A stretch of DNA of 64,000 bases from SAR202 cluster bacterium (GCA_009392295.1 VFGW01000020.1:4616-68615); one strand, 5' to 3'; shown: positions 1-10,806, counted from the first letter of the stretch. A program made the numbers and translations. The notes: generated by a model from the sequence alone, not told the origin.

Positions 1-968
1 TTTCTTCTAATGTGATGGGGCCTACTGGGGAACGTATTTCAGCTGAATGGGGAGCTTTAGGAGATGGAAATACTGCTATAATTGAAATGGCAAAAATTGC
101 TGGATTAGCATTAATTGATCAAGATAACATGAACCCATTAACGGCAACAACTTTTGGTTTAGGAGAAGTTTTAAAAGAAGCGTTAGATAGAAATTATAGA
201 AAATTTATTATAGGTATTGGCGGTAGTGCAACTAATGATGCTGGTGCTGGTATGGCTCAAGCATTAGGAATCAGATTATTAGATTCTTTTGGGTCTGATA
301 TTAATTTGGGTGGAGTAGGATTAATTGATTTAGAAAAAATAGAAATGATTGACAGAGATCCTAGAGTGAATGAATCTCAGTTTTTAGTTGCTTGTGATGT
401 AAATAATCCATTGACAGGAAAGAATGGTGCTTCTGTTATTTATGGGCCACAAAAAGGTGCAACTCCTGAAATGGTTAAAACATTAGATGATGCATTATTT
501 AATTTTTCTAAAATAGTTTTTCGGGATATTGGAAAAGATATTAATAATCTATCTGGTTCTGGGGCAGCGGGAGGTTTAGGAGGTGGGATTGTTGCCTTGT
601 TAGACGGTCAATTAATTCCTGGATCAAAGATAATTTTAGATATGCTAGGAATTAACAAAAAAATTATGGATGCAGATTTGGTGATTACTGGTGAAGGGCA
701 AACAGATTTTCAAACAGTTTTTGATAAAGCACCTATAAGTGTCTCGAAAATTGCAAAATCTTTTAGTGTTCCTTGTATTGCTATTAGCGGATCTTTAGGA
801 CAAGGTTTCGAATCTGTGTATGATGAAGGAATTTCTTCAATTTCTTCAATAATTAATTCACCTATGACTTTAGAGGAAGCTACTTTTCGTTCAGTAGATT
901 TAATTGAGTGTGCTACAGAACAAGCAATGAAATATTTGGAAATTGGTAAAAAGTTAAATATTAATTAA
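1..968 (+). CDS. Glycerate kinase, C-terminal ~320 aa (5' end lies upstream of window)
   Basis: The reading frame is open from the window edge (same frame as track ORF 12..968). Motifs IGIGGSATNDAGAGMAQALG and VITGEGQTDFQT are typical of the glycerate kinase family. Confidence 0.8.
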   Translation, partial: SSNVMGPTGERISAEWGALGDGNTAIIEMAKIAGLALIDQDNMNPLTATTFGLGEVLKEALDRNYRKFIIGIGGSATNDAGAGMAQALGIRLLDSFGSDINLGGVGLIDLEKIEMIDRDPRVNESQFLVACDVNNPLTGKNGASVIYGPQKGATPEMVKTLDDALFNFSKIVFRDIGKDINNLSGSGAAGGLGGGIVALLDGQLIPGSKIILDMLGINKKIMDADLVITGEGQTDFQTVFDKAPISVSKIAKSFSVPCIAISGSLGQGFESVYDEGISSISSIINSPMTLEEATFRSVDLIECATEQAMKYLEIGKKLNIN

Positions 969-980
969 TTTTTTTGAAGT

Positions 981-2156
981 TTATCTAACTACATCAACGA
1001 AGTAATTACCTTCAATGTATGGAAATTTTTTGGTAAGGTTTTCAGCTAGATTTACACCTAAACCGGGGCCTTCAATTGATATTACACCTGATTTAATCGG
1101 GTATTCTTTGAGTATATCCCATTGTAATGGTCCTTGCACCATGCACATTTCAACAAATTGAGGATTTGAAAGTGAAGATGCAAAATGCGCACTTGCAACA
1201 ACCATTAAGCCGTTATGCCAACTATGAGGAATAACTTTAATTCCATTATTCTCAGCATATTTTGATATTCTTAAACATTCCGTAATACCTGCTTCACCAA
1301 CATCAGGTTGTACAATGTCATAGGCTCTTTTGTCGATATACGGCACGAATTGTGCCAATGTAGTTAATTGTTCCCCTCCAGATATTGGCATGTCAACTGA
1401 AGCATTGAGTTGAATATAGCCTTCAATATCATCTTTGTTGATAGGTTCTTCGAACCATAAGAAGTTTAGTTTTTCAAGCTCTTTAGCTATTTTTGTCGCT
1501 TGTTCAATATTTAAGTTGCAGTTTCCATCTACCATAAGATTCATTTTTTTACCGACTTCACTAGAAAGATCTCTCATTAATCCAATAAATTTATCTGTTG
1601 TAACATTATCCCATGTCCACTTTGTTCCAATTCTAACTTTTGTAGCTGAAAATCCCAAATCAATATAACTTTTTGTTTCTTCTATAAGTTGATTGGGATC
1701 TTCTCTCCAATCATACCTGACTCCACTAGAAGCATATACTTTCATAGAATCCTTAGATTTTGGTGAAATTAATTTTGATACAGAGGTGTTATTAATTTTT
1801 GCTTTAAGGTCCCATATTGCACAATCTAAGCCACCAACTGCAGAATCATGACCTCTTAAAAAGTCATCATTTTTCTTATTAAAATGTTCCATTGTAAAAC
1901 CTACGGGATGTGGAAGAAATTCAATTTCACGAGGGTCTTTTCCAATTATTTCAGGGGCAAATTTATCGATCCATATTTTAATAAACGTTGGATTTCCATA
2001 AGCACATGCTTCACCAATTCCTATAATATCTGAATCTGTTGAAACAACTACTATAGCTACGTCAGCTTTTAATGTTTTTACGTTAAATGTTTTCCATTGA
2101 TTTTCAATTTCATGCATTCTACTTAAACATATTGTTTCTATATTTGTAATTTTCAT
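981..2156 (-). CDS. Enolase-superfamily enzyme (mandelate racemase / muconate lactonizing enzyme family), substrate unknown
   Basis: 391-aa ORF with the barrel-domain motif series KVRIG, MVDGNCN, WFEEP, SGGEQ, DIVQPD (metal ligands and acid/base positions of the MR/MLE family). Confidence 0.8.
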   Translation of the reverse strand: MKITNIETICLSRMHEIENQWKTFNVKTLKADVAIVVVSTDSDIIGIGEACAYGNPTFIKIWIDKFAPEIIGKDPREIEFLPHPVGFTMEHFNKKNDDFLRGHDSAVGGLDCAIWDLKAKINNTSVSKLISPKSKDSMKVYASSGVRYDWREDPNQLIEETKSYIDLGFSATKVRIGTKWTWDNVTTDKFIGLMRDLSSEVGKKMNLMVDGNCNLNIEQATKIAKELEKLNFLWFEEPINKDDIEGYIQLNASVDMPISGGEQLTTLAQFVPYIDKRAYDIVQPDVGEAGITECLRISKYAENNGIKVIPHSWHNGLMVVASAHFASSLSNPQFVEMCMVQGPLQWDILKEYPIKSGVISIEGPGLGVNLAENLTKKFPYIEGNYFVDVVR

Positions 2157-2172
2157 TTAATTAATCCATATG

Positions 2173-2934
2173 TTAAGAGTTTTGTTTTTTCCATATTTCG
2201 TATTCTTTTTTAGCTTCGTCATTTAAAGGATAATATTTAGAAATTTCTCCACCATTTTCTAACTTTAATTTAGAAAAGATTTCCCAGTCTTCATGTTCCT
2301 CAGTTTCTTTTAAAACTTTTTCAACCATAGATGCGGGTATTACAATAGGACCGTCATCGTCAGCTACAATAAAATCTCCGGGTAAAACTAAAGTTTCTCC
2401 GCATGCGATTGGGGCATTGAAATCCCAAGGAAATAGATTGGTCTGTGATGCGAAATTTGGTGTAACTCCTTTAGACCATACAGGGACTCCTGTTTTTTCT
2501 ATTTGTTTGTAGTCTCTAACACAGCCATCTACAATGATTCCAATTCCTCCTTTAGCTTTGAAATAAGTGCTTAGCATCTCTCCAATACATCCAGTTTCCA
2601 TACTTCCTCGAGCATCTATTACTAATACATCACCATGTTGAATTGTATCTAATACCTTCCACAAAGCCGAAGTATTTTCAGAATATTCTTGAGCTACACT
2701 TTTCTCATTATTTTTATTTGAGTTGTTCATATTATTAGCAGAAGGTAACATATCTTCTCTTTTTGGCATATATCTTAGAGTTACAGCTTTACCTGCAATT
2801 TTACTTCCAGGCTTTCTAGATGTTGGTCCAACTATAAAAGTGCTTGTGATGCCAAATTGGTGTAAAACTCCAGATATAGTTGCGGTTGAGACAGCTTGAA
2901 GACGATTGAAGAGATTTTCATTTGAAATATTCAT
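2173..2934 (-). CDS. RraA-like / 4-hydroxy-4-methyl-2-oxoglutarate aldolase family protein
   Basis: Motifs GDVLVIDARG...GCIGEMLS...GGIGIIVDGCVRD...PGDFIVADDDGPIVIP match the RraA/HMG-aldolase fold pattern. It carries an Asn-rich low-complexity insert (NNMNNSNKNNEK). Confidence 0.65.
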   Translation of the reverse strand: MNISNENLFNRLQAVSTATISGVLHQFGITSTFIVGPTSRKPGSKIAGKAVTLRYMPKREDMLPSANNMNNSNKNNEKSVAQEYSENTSALWKVLDTIQHGDVLVIDARGSMETGCIGEMLSTYFKAKGGIGIIVDGCVRDYKQIEKTGVPVWSKGVTPNFASQTNLFPWDFNAPIACGETLVLPGDFIVADDDGPIVIPASMVEKVLKETEEHEDWEIFSKLKLENGGEISKYYPLNDEAKKEYEIWKKQNS

Positions 2935-3037
2935 TTTAATTTCCAGAATTCAGAATTAATAGATTTCATGATTACATTATACAGATGTGAACAAAAATTA
3001 ATAATTCAGATATGAAATATTAATGTGACTAATATTT

Positions 3038-3556
3038 TTATAAAAGAATTCCTTTAATCATAAAACCAATAATCCAGCCAATTATAATTATTGGACCTGT
3101 GGCAAAAAGCCATCCTTCGGTTTTATTTCTAGGATTCCCTCTAAATGAAATATAAATCATGAAAGAAAATAGAGCAAAAGTAATTATCCAAGTAGATAAA
3201 GAGGTTACTCCCAAAATCATTCCAGTAAATAAAGAACCTATTCCAAAACCTGCAAAGATTGTTCTAATATGTCTTGAAATATAAATTTCACAAATCCCGA
3301 AACTACCTTCTTCTATTTTAATTAATGTGTAACCAGTATCATCCCATTTTGCTTTGAACGACAAGTTGTTTTTTTCACATTGTTTTTTACATATTTCATT
3401 TGTGTCGTTACCATACTTTTCGGGTAATTCATTTACTTTTTGACTACCTAAAACTATTACAGATTTACCAAGAGATTTTGGATATAAATCTTTAATTTTT
3501 TTCATAGTAGATTCAGAAATTTTTTCGGTTTTAGACAAGACATATATGTATTGCAT
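3038..3556 (-). CDS. Hypothetical membrane protein (soluble N-domain plus about 3 TM helices)
   Basis: Long ORF in an AT-rich background. C-terminal hydrophobic segments (FAGFGIGSLFTGMILGV, WIITFALFSFMIYI, GPIIIIGWIIGFMI). No family recognised. Confidence 0.4.
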   Translation of the reverse strand: MQYIYVLSKTEKISESTMKKIKDLYPKSLGKSVIVLGSQKVNELPEKYGNDTNEICKKQCEKNNLSFKAKWDDTGYTLIKIEEGSFGICEIYISRHIRTIFAGFGIGSLFTGMILGVTSLSTWIITFALFSFMIYISFRGNPRNKTEGWLFATGPIIIIGWIIGFMIKGILL

Positions 3557-3641
3557 GAGAGATCAATCCTACAATAATTGGTTTATTTAATATTAAAATA
3601 GCTTACCACATTCGATATTTGTTATGAATAGCAAAATTTGA

Positions 3642-5054
3642 TTAGCCCAGTGAAACATTAGGTGCTGATTCAGGATCAGTCATAGATTCAGGATTTAATA
3701 TATTATCCAATTCATCTGAAGAAAAATTTGTTTCTTGTAAAGCGATTTCTTTAATTGTTAAATTTTTTAATTGTGCTAGTTTTGCAATATGTGCTGATTT
3801 ATCATAACCAATGTGAGGTACAAGAGTTGTAACAATTGCTAGACCATTAGTGACCATTTGAGGTCCTTTTTGAGTTGCTTTAATTCCATCTATACATTGA
3901 GTGGTGAAGTTTTCACAAGAAGTTGAAGCTAGTTCTATTGATTGTAGTAAATTGTATGCGACTACAGGCATCATGACATTAATTTCAAAATTTCCTGATT
4001 GTCCAGCTATTGAAATAGTAGTGTCATTACCAATAATTTGAGCTGAAACTTGGCAGACAGATTCTGGTATTACAGGGTTTATTTTTCCTGGCATTATTGA
4101 ACTTCCAGGTTGTACAGCAGGTATTTCAATTTCATTAAAACCAGACCTAGGTCCCGAGCTTAACCATCTTATATCGTTAGAAATTTTCATTAAAGCAATA
4201 GCTAGGCTTTTCAAACTGCCACTACATGCAACAGCTGTATCAAGTGTGCTTTGTGCCTGGAAATGATTGTCAGTTTCTGTAATTTTGACTTTGATTAATT
4301 TTGTAAGAATTTCACAAACTTTTTTAGCAAATTGGGGATGAGTATTGACACCAGTACCTACAGCAGTTCCACCAATTGCAATTTCAGATAATTGACTAAC
4401 CGAATCAGAAATTCTTTGAGCAGAACGTTCTATTTGTCCTGCATAGCCAAGAAATTCTTGTCCTAATCTAATTGGTGTTGCATCTTGTAAATGAGTACGT
4501 CCTGTTTTAACAACATCCATGAATTCTTCAGATTTTTTTAATAGAGAATTGTTAAGTTTTTTTAAACTGGGCAAAAGCTTTTCGTTGATTGAAGAAATAG
4601 CAGATAAATGAATAGCACTAGGTATCACATCGTTTGAAGATTGTCCCATGTTTACATGATCGTTAGGATGTATGGGTTTTTTTGAACCTATTTCTCCACC
4701 TAAAATTTCAATTGCCTTATTTGAAATTACTTCATTTATGTTCATATTTGTTGAAGTTCCGGATCCTGTTTGAAAAATATCTAGCACGAATTGGTCATTC
4801 ATTTTTCCAGCAATAATGTCTTGACACGCAGATACGATTACATTTTTAGATTGTTCATTTATTAGTGTTAATTTAAAATTTGCTTCAGCTGCAGAAAGTT
4901 TTATTTGAGCTAGTGCTTTAATAAATGAGTTTTGGAATTTTAAATCACTTATAGGGAAATTTTGGATTGCTCTCATAGTTTGAGCACCATAATAAGAAGA
5001 GGTAGGGACTTTTAGTTCACCCATAGAGTCGTTTTCAATTCTGTAATCATTCAT
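3642..5054 (-). CDS. Class II fumarase/aspartase-family lyase, aspartate ammonia-lyase-like
   Basis: Family signature GSSIMPGKINP. The segment IPAVQPGSSIMPGKINPVIPESV...IGNDTTI resembles AspA more than FumC (NPV.PE rather than NPTQCE). GSGTSTNMN and QSSND motifs are also present. Confidence 0.8.
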   Translation of the reverse strand: MNDYRIENDSMGELKVPTSSYYGAQTMRAIQNFPISDLKFQNSFIKALAQIKLSAAEANFKLTLINEQSKNVIVSACQDIIAGKMNDQFVLDIFQTGSGTSTNMNINEVISNKAIEILGGEIGSKKPIHPNDHVNMGQSSNDVIPSAIHLSAISSINEKLLPSLKKLNNSLLKKSEEFMDVVKTGRTHLQDATPIRLGQEFLGYAGQIERSAQRISDSVSQLSEIAIGGTAVGTGVNTHPQFAKKVCEILTKLIKVKITETDNHFQAQSTLDTAVACSGSLKSLAIALMKISNDIRWLSSGPRSGFNEIEIPAVQPGSSIMPGKINPVIPESVCQVSAQIIGNDTTISIAGQSGNFEINVMMPVVAYNLLQSIELASTSCENFTTQCIDGIKATQKGPQMVTNGLAIVTTLVPHIGYDKSAHIAKLAQLKNLTIKEIALQETNFSSDELDNILNPESMTDPESAPNVSLG

Positions 5055-5149
5055 CTGTATTACATCCCTTTTTTAATTTTTTATTGGTCTATCTATTGTT
5101 CATTTTATTTCTAGATAATACAAGTGTTTTATAAAATTTATTTAAAATG

Positions 5150-5178
5150 TTGACACTTAATATTTATAGTTTCATAAT
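5150..5178 (+). promoter_or_regulatory. Sigma70-type promoter candidate for the threonine aldolase gene
   Basis: TTGACA (5150-5155), a 17-nt spacer, then CATAAT (5173-5178). A GGAGG Shine-Dalgarno lies at about 5205 and the ATG at 5218. Confidence 0.5.
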
Positions 5179-5217
5179 CAAATGATTATTCGAATTTACT
5201 TCTTGGAGGTACGATCA

Positions 5218-6249
5218 ATGCGTTTTGTTGATTTGCGTAGTGATACAAAAACTTTACCTACATCTGAAATGAGAGAGGCTATTTTTAATGCTGAATTAGG
5301 TGATGATTGTGCAGGGGAAGATCAAACAGTTAATAACTTAGAAGAGTTAGCGGCAAAAGTTTTAGGAAAAGAAGCTGCAGTTTTGGTTTCTAGTGGAACT
5401 CAGGGAAATTTAACCGCTCTACTATCCCATTGTGATAGAGGTGATGAGGTTTTATTAGGGCGTCAATCTCACATTTTCAGAGCTGAAGCTATGGGAGCGT
5501 CAGTCTTGGGTGGAATTGCACTTATGCCATTAAATGATGATGAAGGATATATATCTTTAGAAGAAATTGAACAATCAATTAGAGTGAATGATTCTAGATA
5601 TCCTAATACAAAATTGCTTGCATTAGAAAATACTCATAATGGATCAGGAGGTACGCCTTTAAGTAAAGCTTATCTTGACGATTGCTCTGATATAGCTCAC
5701 TTGAAAGGAATTTCTGTTCACATAGATGGTGCACGATTATTTAATGCTTCAGTTGCATTAAATATTAAGCCCTCAGAATTGGTAAATTCTATTGATACAG
5801 TGACATTTTGCTTGTCGAAAGGTTTAGCTGCACCAGTCGGGTCTCTTTTGGTAGGGGATAAAGATTTCATTAATAAAGCTCGAAGATGGAGGAAAATGTT
5901 AGGTTCTGCTATGAGGCAATCTGGAATTATTGCTGCAGCTGGTATTGTATCTATCAATATGATGATAGAACGATTAAAAGAAGATCACTTAAATGCAAAA
6001 AAGCTTGCTAATGGGTTAAATAATATTCCTGGTATTTCTATTGAAGTTGAAAAATTTCAAACTAATATGGTTTTTTGCAGTGTTGATAATGGGAAAGGCG
6101 AATGGCTAACTGAAACATTATCTGATAAAGGTATTCTTGTTGGTCATGTAGGTAATTCTGTATTAAGATTAGTTACGCACAATGATATTAGTTCAGATGA
6201 CATTGATTATACTATTAAATCTATTCAACAAATTTTACTAGATAAATAA
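5218..6249 (+). CDS. ltaE: Low-specificity L-threonine aldolase
   Basis: MRFVDLRSDT..., GTQGNL, ALENTHN, HIDGARLFNA, CLSKGL.APVGSLLVG and RKMLGSAMRQSGIIAAAG align along the whole length with E. coli LtaE (from memory). I place the start at ATG 5218 (good SD) rather than track start 5182, which falls on the predicted promoter -10. Confidence 0.9.
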   Translation: MRFVDLRSDTKTLPTSEMREAIFNAELGDDCAGEDQTVNNLEELAAKVLGKEAAVLVSSGTQGNLTALLSHCDRGDEVLLGRQSHIFRAEAMGASVLGGIALMPLNDDEGYISLEEIEQSIRVNDSRYPNTKLLALENTHNGSGGTPLSKAYLDDCSDIAHLKGISVHIDGARLFNASVALNIKPSELVNSIDTVTFCLSKGLAAPVGSLLVGDKDFINKARRWRKMLGSAMRQSGIIAAAGIVSINMMIERLKEDHLNAKKLANGLNNIPGISIEVEKFQTNMVFCSVDNGKGEWLTETLSDKGILVGHVGNSVLRLVTHNDISSDDIDYTIKSIQQILLDK

Positions 6250-6259
6250 TTTTTTAAAT

Positions 6260-7528
6260 TCATCTTTTTTCACTAAAAAAATTTTTATTTTTAATATTTG
6301 GGGGGAAATTACTTATTTTGTTTGTAAAATTTTTTTGATCATGTGGATAGATATAATTTTCCCCATAACCCATAGACTTGTCTAAATTTGTGACAGCATT
6401 TCTTAGATGTAATGGTACAGGTTGGTTGTTAGAAAAAGTCACCTCTTCTAAGGCTGAATTTATAGAGGTTTTAGCAGAGTTGTTTTTTGGAGCTTTTGCT
6501 AGGTAGATTGTTGCATGAGAAAGAGTATATTTTCCTTCAGGCATTCCAATTAATTCTAACGATTGCATTGTTCCTAGTGCTATTAATAGTGCCTTAGAAT
6601 CAGCTAATCCAATGTCTTCGGATGCAAAAATCACCATTCTTCGAGCTATAAATATAGGATCTTCACCCGAATAAATCATTCGTGCTAACCAGTATAAAGA
6701 TGCATTTATATCAGATGCCCTTAGAGATTTAATATAAGCTGAAATTATTTGGTAATGCTGGTCGCCGTTTTTATCATACTTTATAGTTGTGTTCTGCACA
6801 CATTTCTGTATCATTTCTTGATTAATTGTTTGTGGAAAATTTTTTTGTTCTTGAGTAAAAGAATTTACGGTGATTTCTAGTGTGTTTAATGCTACTCTTG
6901 CATCTCCTGAAGATATTTGAATTAAAAACTTTAAGCCTTCATCAGAAATCGTGATTTTTTGTTTACCTAGTCCATTTTTATTTTGAATTGATGCAAGAAT
7001 AATTGATTTTATATCTTTTGGAGTTAAATTTTTCAATACAATTACAGTTAAACGAGATAATAATTGAGATACGATTTCAAAAGAAGGATTTTCAGTTGTA
7101 GCTCCAATAAGGATTATAGTTCCATCTTCTATATGAGATAAAATTTCTTGTTGTTGAGATTTATTGAATCGATGTATTTCGTCAATAAAAATAATACTTC
7201 TTTTATTGTTCATTCCTAAATTAGTTTTCGCTTTGGAAATGATTTCTCGAATTTCTGTTACCCCAGAACCAATTGCATTAAGTTTATAAAAAGACGCATC
7301 AATCTCACAAGCAATAATATTTGCTAATGTTGTTTTACCTGTTCCTGGGGGGCCCCAAAGAATTATGGAAGGGATTTTTCCTTTTTTGATGGTTTGACGT
7401 AATGCAGAAGATTCACCCACAACATTTTCATGGCCAATAAATTCTTGAAAATTTTTGGGACGAACTCTAGCCGCTAATGGTGCTATTTCATCCAATTGAT
7501 TTTTACGATTATTGTCAAATAAAGTCAT
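6260..7528 (-). CDS. rarA: Replication-associated recombination protein A (AAA+ ATPase RarA/MgsA)
   Basis: LAARVRPKNFQEFIGHE, Walker A GPPGTGKTT, Walker B IFIDEIHRFNK, and the C-terminal MgsA motifs YDKNGDQHY...SAYIKSLRASD...ALYWLARM. Confidence 0.9.
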   Translation of the reverse strand: MTLFDNNRKNQLDEIAPLAARVRPKNFQEFIGHENVVGESSALRQTIKKGKIPSIILWGPPGTGKTTLANIIACEIDASFYKLNAIGSGVTEIREIISKAKTNLGMNNKRSIIFIDEIHRFNKSQQQEILSHIEDGTIILIGATTENPSFEIVSQLLSRLTVIVLKNLTPKDIKSIILASIQNKNGLGKQKITISDEGLKFLIQISSGDARVALNTLEITVNSFTQEQKNFPQTINQEMIQKCVQNTTIKYDKNGDQHYQIISAYIKSLRASDINASLYWLARMIYSGEDPIFIARRMVIFASEDIGLADSKALLIALGTMQSLELIGMPEGKYTLSHATIYLAKAPKNNSAKTSINSALEEVTFSNNQPVPLHLRNAVTNLDKSMGYGENYIYPHDQKNFTNKISNFPPNIKNKNFFSEKR

Positions 7529-7553
7529 GTTAATAATTTTCTAATGATATTGA

Positions 7554-8951
7554 CTAAAACAAATTTTTTAAAGCAGATGAAACATATTTATCTTGTTTGC
7601 GGAATACAGTTCTTGCATCTAAGAGTACTTTTTCATTTTCTATTCTTGAAATTATTGGTATGGAATTTCTTCTCAATTTTTTTGCTATTTCTATAGCGGT
7701 TAATTTTTTGCTACTTGGTATGGATAATGAGAAGGAGGGGATTAATTGGCCTGGTAAGCTTCCGCCACCAATTGTTGATTGAGTTTCAGTAATTTCGGTT
7801 TTAATTTCACAAATATCTTGCCATTTTTTCACGCGATTGAAAATAGAAGATTTTTTTTGGGAAATCATTATCCATATTGGGATTTTTTTGGTAATTTCAT
7901 TTTCAACGTAATGCTTAAGTGTGGATTGTAAAGATGCCATTGTAAATTTGTCTATTCTTACAGCTCTTGCCATGGGGTTTTTTGAAATCTTTTCTAGAAG
8001 TTTAGATTGGCCAATAATTATTCCTGCTTGTGGGCCACCTAATAATTTGTCTGCAGAGAATAAAACTAAAGAAGAGCCATTTTTTATACTTTCTTGAGGT
8101 GTTTGTTCGTGTGTTAATCCAAATGACTCGGTATTAATCAAGCAACCACTACCTAAATCATGAATTAAAGGTATTTCATAAGATTTTGCTAGTTTGCTAA
8201 TATCATTCATTGAAGGTTTATATGTGAACCCAGTAATTTCAAAATTACTAGCATGTACCATAATAATAGCTGCCGTATTCTTGTTGATTGCTTTTTCATA
8301 ATCTTCTAAATAGGTTTTATTTGTAGTACCAATTTCTATTAATGATGCTCCAGTACTAGACAAAATATCAGGAATTCGAAATCCCCCACCAATTTCTACA
8401 GATTCACTACGTGAAATAATAATTTCCTTTCCTTTTGCTAATGTTGAAAGTGTTAATATTAGAGCTGCGGCATTATTATTTACGGTTAAGGCAGATTCAG
8501 CACCAGTGATATTGCATAAAAGAGATGATAAATGTTCTTGTCTTGATCCTCTTTCGCCAGAATTTAAATTATATTCTATTGAACTGTAATTATTTGCAAC
8601 ATTTAGCATTGAATTTATAGAGTCTTTACTTAGTGTAGATCTGCCTAAGTTAGTATGAAGGATTACACCTGTTGCATTTATGACATTTTGGGGTCCATAA
8701 TTTGTTTCTAACTCTAATTGCTGTTTCACTATTTTAATTATTTCTGATGTATTTAATTCTAAAGGTTGGTTATTATTAATTGATTTAGATTTTAACTTGG
8801 ATATTTCTTTTTGAATTACTTTAGTTATATATTCTCTAGACAAATTATTAGTACTTTGAATTAGATTTTGATTTGATAATAGGCTTTCAACACTTGGGAT
8901 TTTTCTAAATTCATTACTTAATGAGATTACATTTTTTGATTTTTGGTTCAT
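7554..8951 (-). CDS. selA: L-seryl-tRNA(Sec) selenium transferase
   Basis: NVINATGVILHTNLGRS, NNNAAALIL, SRSESVEIGGGFRIPD and FSADKLLGGPQAGIIIG (PLP lysine) match E. coli SelA block by block. Confidence 0.9.
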   Translation of the reverse strand: MNQKSKNVISLSNEFRKIPSVESLLSNQNLIQSTNNLSREYITKVIQKEISKLKSKSINNNQPLELNTSEIIKIVKQQLELETNYGPQNVINATGVILHTNLGRSTLSKDSINSMLNVANNYSSIEYNLNSGERGSRQEHLSSLLCNITGAESALTVNNNAAALILTLSTLAKGKEIIISRSESVEIGGGFRIPDILSSTGASLIEIGTTNKTYLEDYEKAINKNTAAIIMVHASNFEITGFTYKPSMNDISKLAKSYEIPLIHDLGSGCLINTESFGLTHEQTPQESIKNGSSLVLFSADKLLGGPQAGIIIGQSKLLEKISKNPMARAVRIDKFTMASLQSTLKHYVENEITKKIPIWIMISQKKSSIFNRVKKWQDICEIKTEITETQSTIGGGSLPGQLIPSFSLSIPSSKKLTAIEIAKKLRRNSIPIISRIENEKVLLDARTVFRKQDKYVSSALKNLF

Positions 8952-9255
8952 TTCATTTGTTTAATTGTTTATTTAGAAGATTTTGGTTGCTGTAAGTATT
9001 TTCCATTTTTTATTTTCTATTGTCTATATTTTGTTTAGTTTGCTCTAAGTTCTTTATGATTTCATTATGTATTTTCTGTGATGTTTCAATTTATATCAAA
9101 ATCGATGTGTAAATTGGTCATTATTTTGATTAAATTACTAATTAAGAATCAATTGTTTCTAAGTATTTCTTTAAATACTTAATCTTTCGATATAAAATAA
9201 TTTATTGAGAAATTTTATCTCATAATTAACTTAATTGTTAATACTAGGACTAATT

Positions 9256-9867
9256 ATGTTTATAATTGGAATTTCCGGATTGATTGGGACAGGAAAAAGT
9301 ACTGTTTGTTCTTATTTAGTTGAAATGGGTGCTGATTTGATAGATGCAGATTCAATAGGCCACTCTGCATATAAAGATATTGAAATTTATAATGAAATTG
9401 TTTCTATTTTTGGACATCAAATATTAGATAAAAATCAAAAAGTCAATCGAGAAAAATTATCTGATATAGTTTTTAATGATTTTGATTCACTAGAAAAATT
9501 AAATTCTATTGTCCATCCATATATCAAAAAAATTATATTAAATAAAATGAATCATTTCAGGAATAAAGGCTCCAAAGTTGTAGTTTTGGAAGCTGCAATA
9601 TTATTACAAGCAGGATGGAGAGATTTAGTAGACGAAGTGTGGACAGTTACAACTTTAAAAGATATAGTTCTAGATAGGATAAATTCTAGACTAGGCATGG
9701 ATGCAAATTTTTATGAATTGGTCCTTAGGTCTCAAAACAGGTATTCAATTAAACAACCTGAAAAATATGTAAATTCTGAAGTCATTTTATTGAATAATGA
9801 TTCTAAAAAAACACTTAGAAAAGAAGTTAGCCTTTTATGGCAAACTAGAGTTTTAAAATCGAGGTGA
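9256..9867 (+). CDS. coaE: Dephospho-CoA kinase
   Basis: The N-terminus MFIIGISGLIGTGKST (P-loop) followed by DAD..GH is the CoaE pattern. I prefer ATG 9256 over the track TTG 9235. Confidence 0.85.
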   Translation: MFIIGISGLIGTGKSTVCSYLVEMGADLIDADSIGHSAYKDIEIYNEIVSIFGHQILDKNQKVNREKLSDIVFNDFDSLEKLNSIVHPYIKKIILNKMNHFRNKGSKVVVLEAAILLQAGWRDLVDEVWTVTTLKDIVLDRINSRLGMDANFYELVLRSQNRYSIKQPEKYVNSEVILLNNDSKKTLRKEVSLLWQTRVLKSR

Positions 9868-10754
9868 GTATGGCAAGAGCAACCCAAACACTTTATAACA
9901 GTTATATTATTGAAGAATATTTTCTTAAAGAAGAACCTTTTTATGTTCCGGTTGGAGATGAAATAGAGTTATTTACTGCTGCATATGAACAGAGAATACC
10001 TATATTATTTAAAGGGCCAACTGGTTGTGGCAAGACAAGATTTGTAGAATATATGTCTTGGAAATTGGGAACTAGCTTAACTAAGCTTAAAAAATCAACA
10101 AATGATTCATCGCAACAAAATATTCCACTTGTAACTATTGCTTGTCACGAGGACTTGACTGCAAGCGATCTAGTAGGAAGATATCTACTTAAAGGTGATA
10201 CAACGGAATGGATTGATGGCCCTTTGACTAGGGCTGTTAAATCTGGAGGTATTTGTTATTTGGATGAAATTGTAGAAGCTCGTAAAGATACGACTGTATT
10301 GATCCATCCTTTGACAGACCATCGCCGGGTTTTGCCAGTTGAAAAAAAAGGTGAAATCATTGAAGCTTCTGAAGGATTTTTATTAGTTATGTCATATAAT
10401 CCAGGTTACCAAAGTGCTTTAAAGGATTTAAAGCATAGTACCAGGCAGCGTTTTGTTTCTATTGAATTCAATCCACCTGTACCTGAAATCGAGAAAAAAA
10501 TAATTCAACACGAATCTGGGGTTAGCTCTGATGTAGCTGAAAGCTTAGCAAAATTAGGTGAAAAAATAAGAAACTTGAAAGAACAGGGATTAGAAGAAGG
10601 AGCTAGTACTAGATTGTTAATTTATGCTGGAAAAATGATTGCACAAGGCATTGCACCTCGGAGAGCTTGTCAAATTTCTGTTAATTGGGCTGTTACAGAT
10701 GATCAGCAACTGCAAAAAGCAATAGAAGAAGTTACTTTCTCAATTTTTGAATAA
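9864..10754 (+). CDS. CbbQ/NirQ/NorQ-family AAA+ ATPase (MoxR class)
   Basis: Walker A GPTGCGKT, DLVGRY, DGPLTRAV, Walker B YLDEIVEAR, the family-typical SYNPGYQ and STRQRF, and GASTRLL. The start is GTG 9864 (overlapping the coaE stop) or ATG 9870. Confidence 0.85.
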   Translation: MSMARATQTLYNSYIIEEYFLKEEPFYVPVGDEIELFTAAYEQRIPILFKGPTGCGKTRFVEYMSWKLGTSLTKLKKSTNDSSQQNIPLVTIACHEDLTASDLVGRYLLKGDTTEWIDGPLTRAVKSGGICYLDEIVEARKDTTVLIHPLTDHRRVLPVEKKGEIIEASEGFLLVMSYNPGYQSALKDLKHSTRQRFVSIEFNPPVPEIEKKIIQHESGVSSDVAESLAKLGEKIRNLKEQGLEEGASTRLLIYAGKMIAQGIAPRRACQISVNWAVTDDQQLQKAIEEVTFSIFE

Positions 10755-10806
10755 TTTTTATTTCACAGGATATATATTTCCCTAAAATTAAGAGAGTTGA
10801 AATTGT

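Noticed and set aside
5182-5217. Track start codon at 5182 for the threonine aldolase ORF (MIIRIYFLEVRS...)
   Set aside because: The extension overlaps the predicted -10 and TSS and has no SD. The LtaE family alignment begins at MRFVDLRSDT (ATG 5218), which has a GGAGG SD.
9204-9225. Half-site ATTGAGAA upstream of coaE (and another at 37254..37262) resembling the Fur-like box at 27325
   Set aside because: Only one half of the palindrome is present in each case, and the second half does not match. An 8-mer match is expected by chance in AT-rich DNA.
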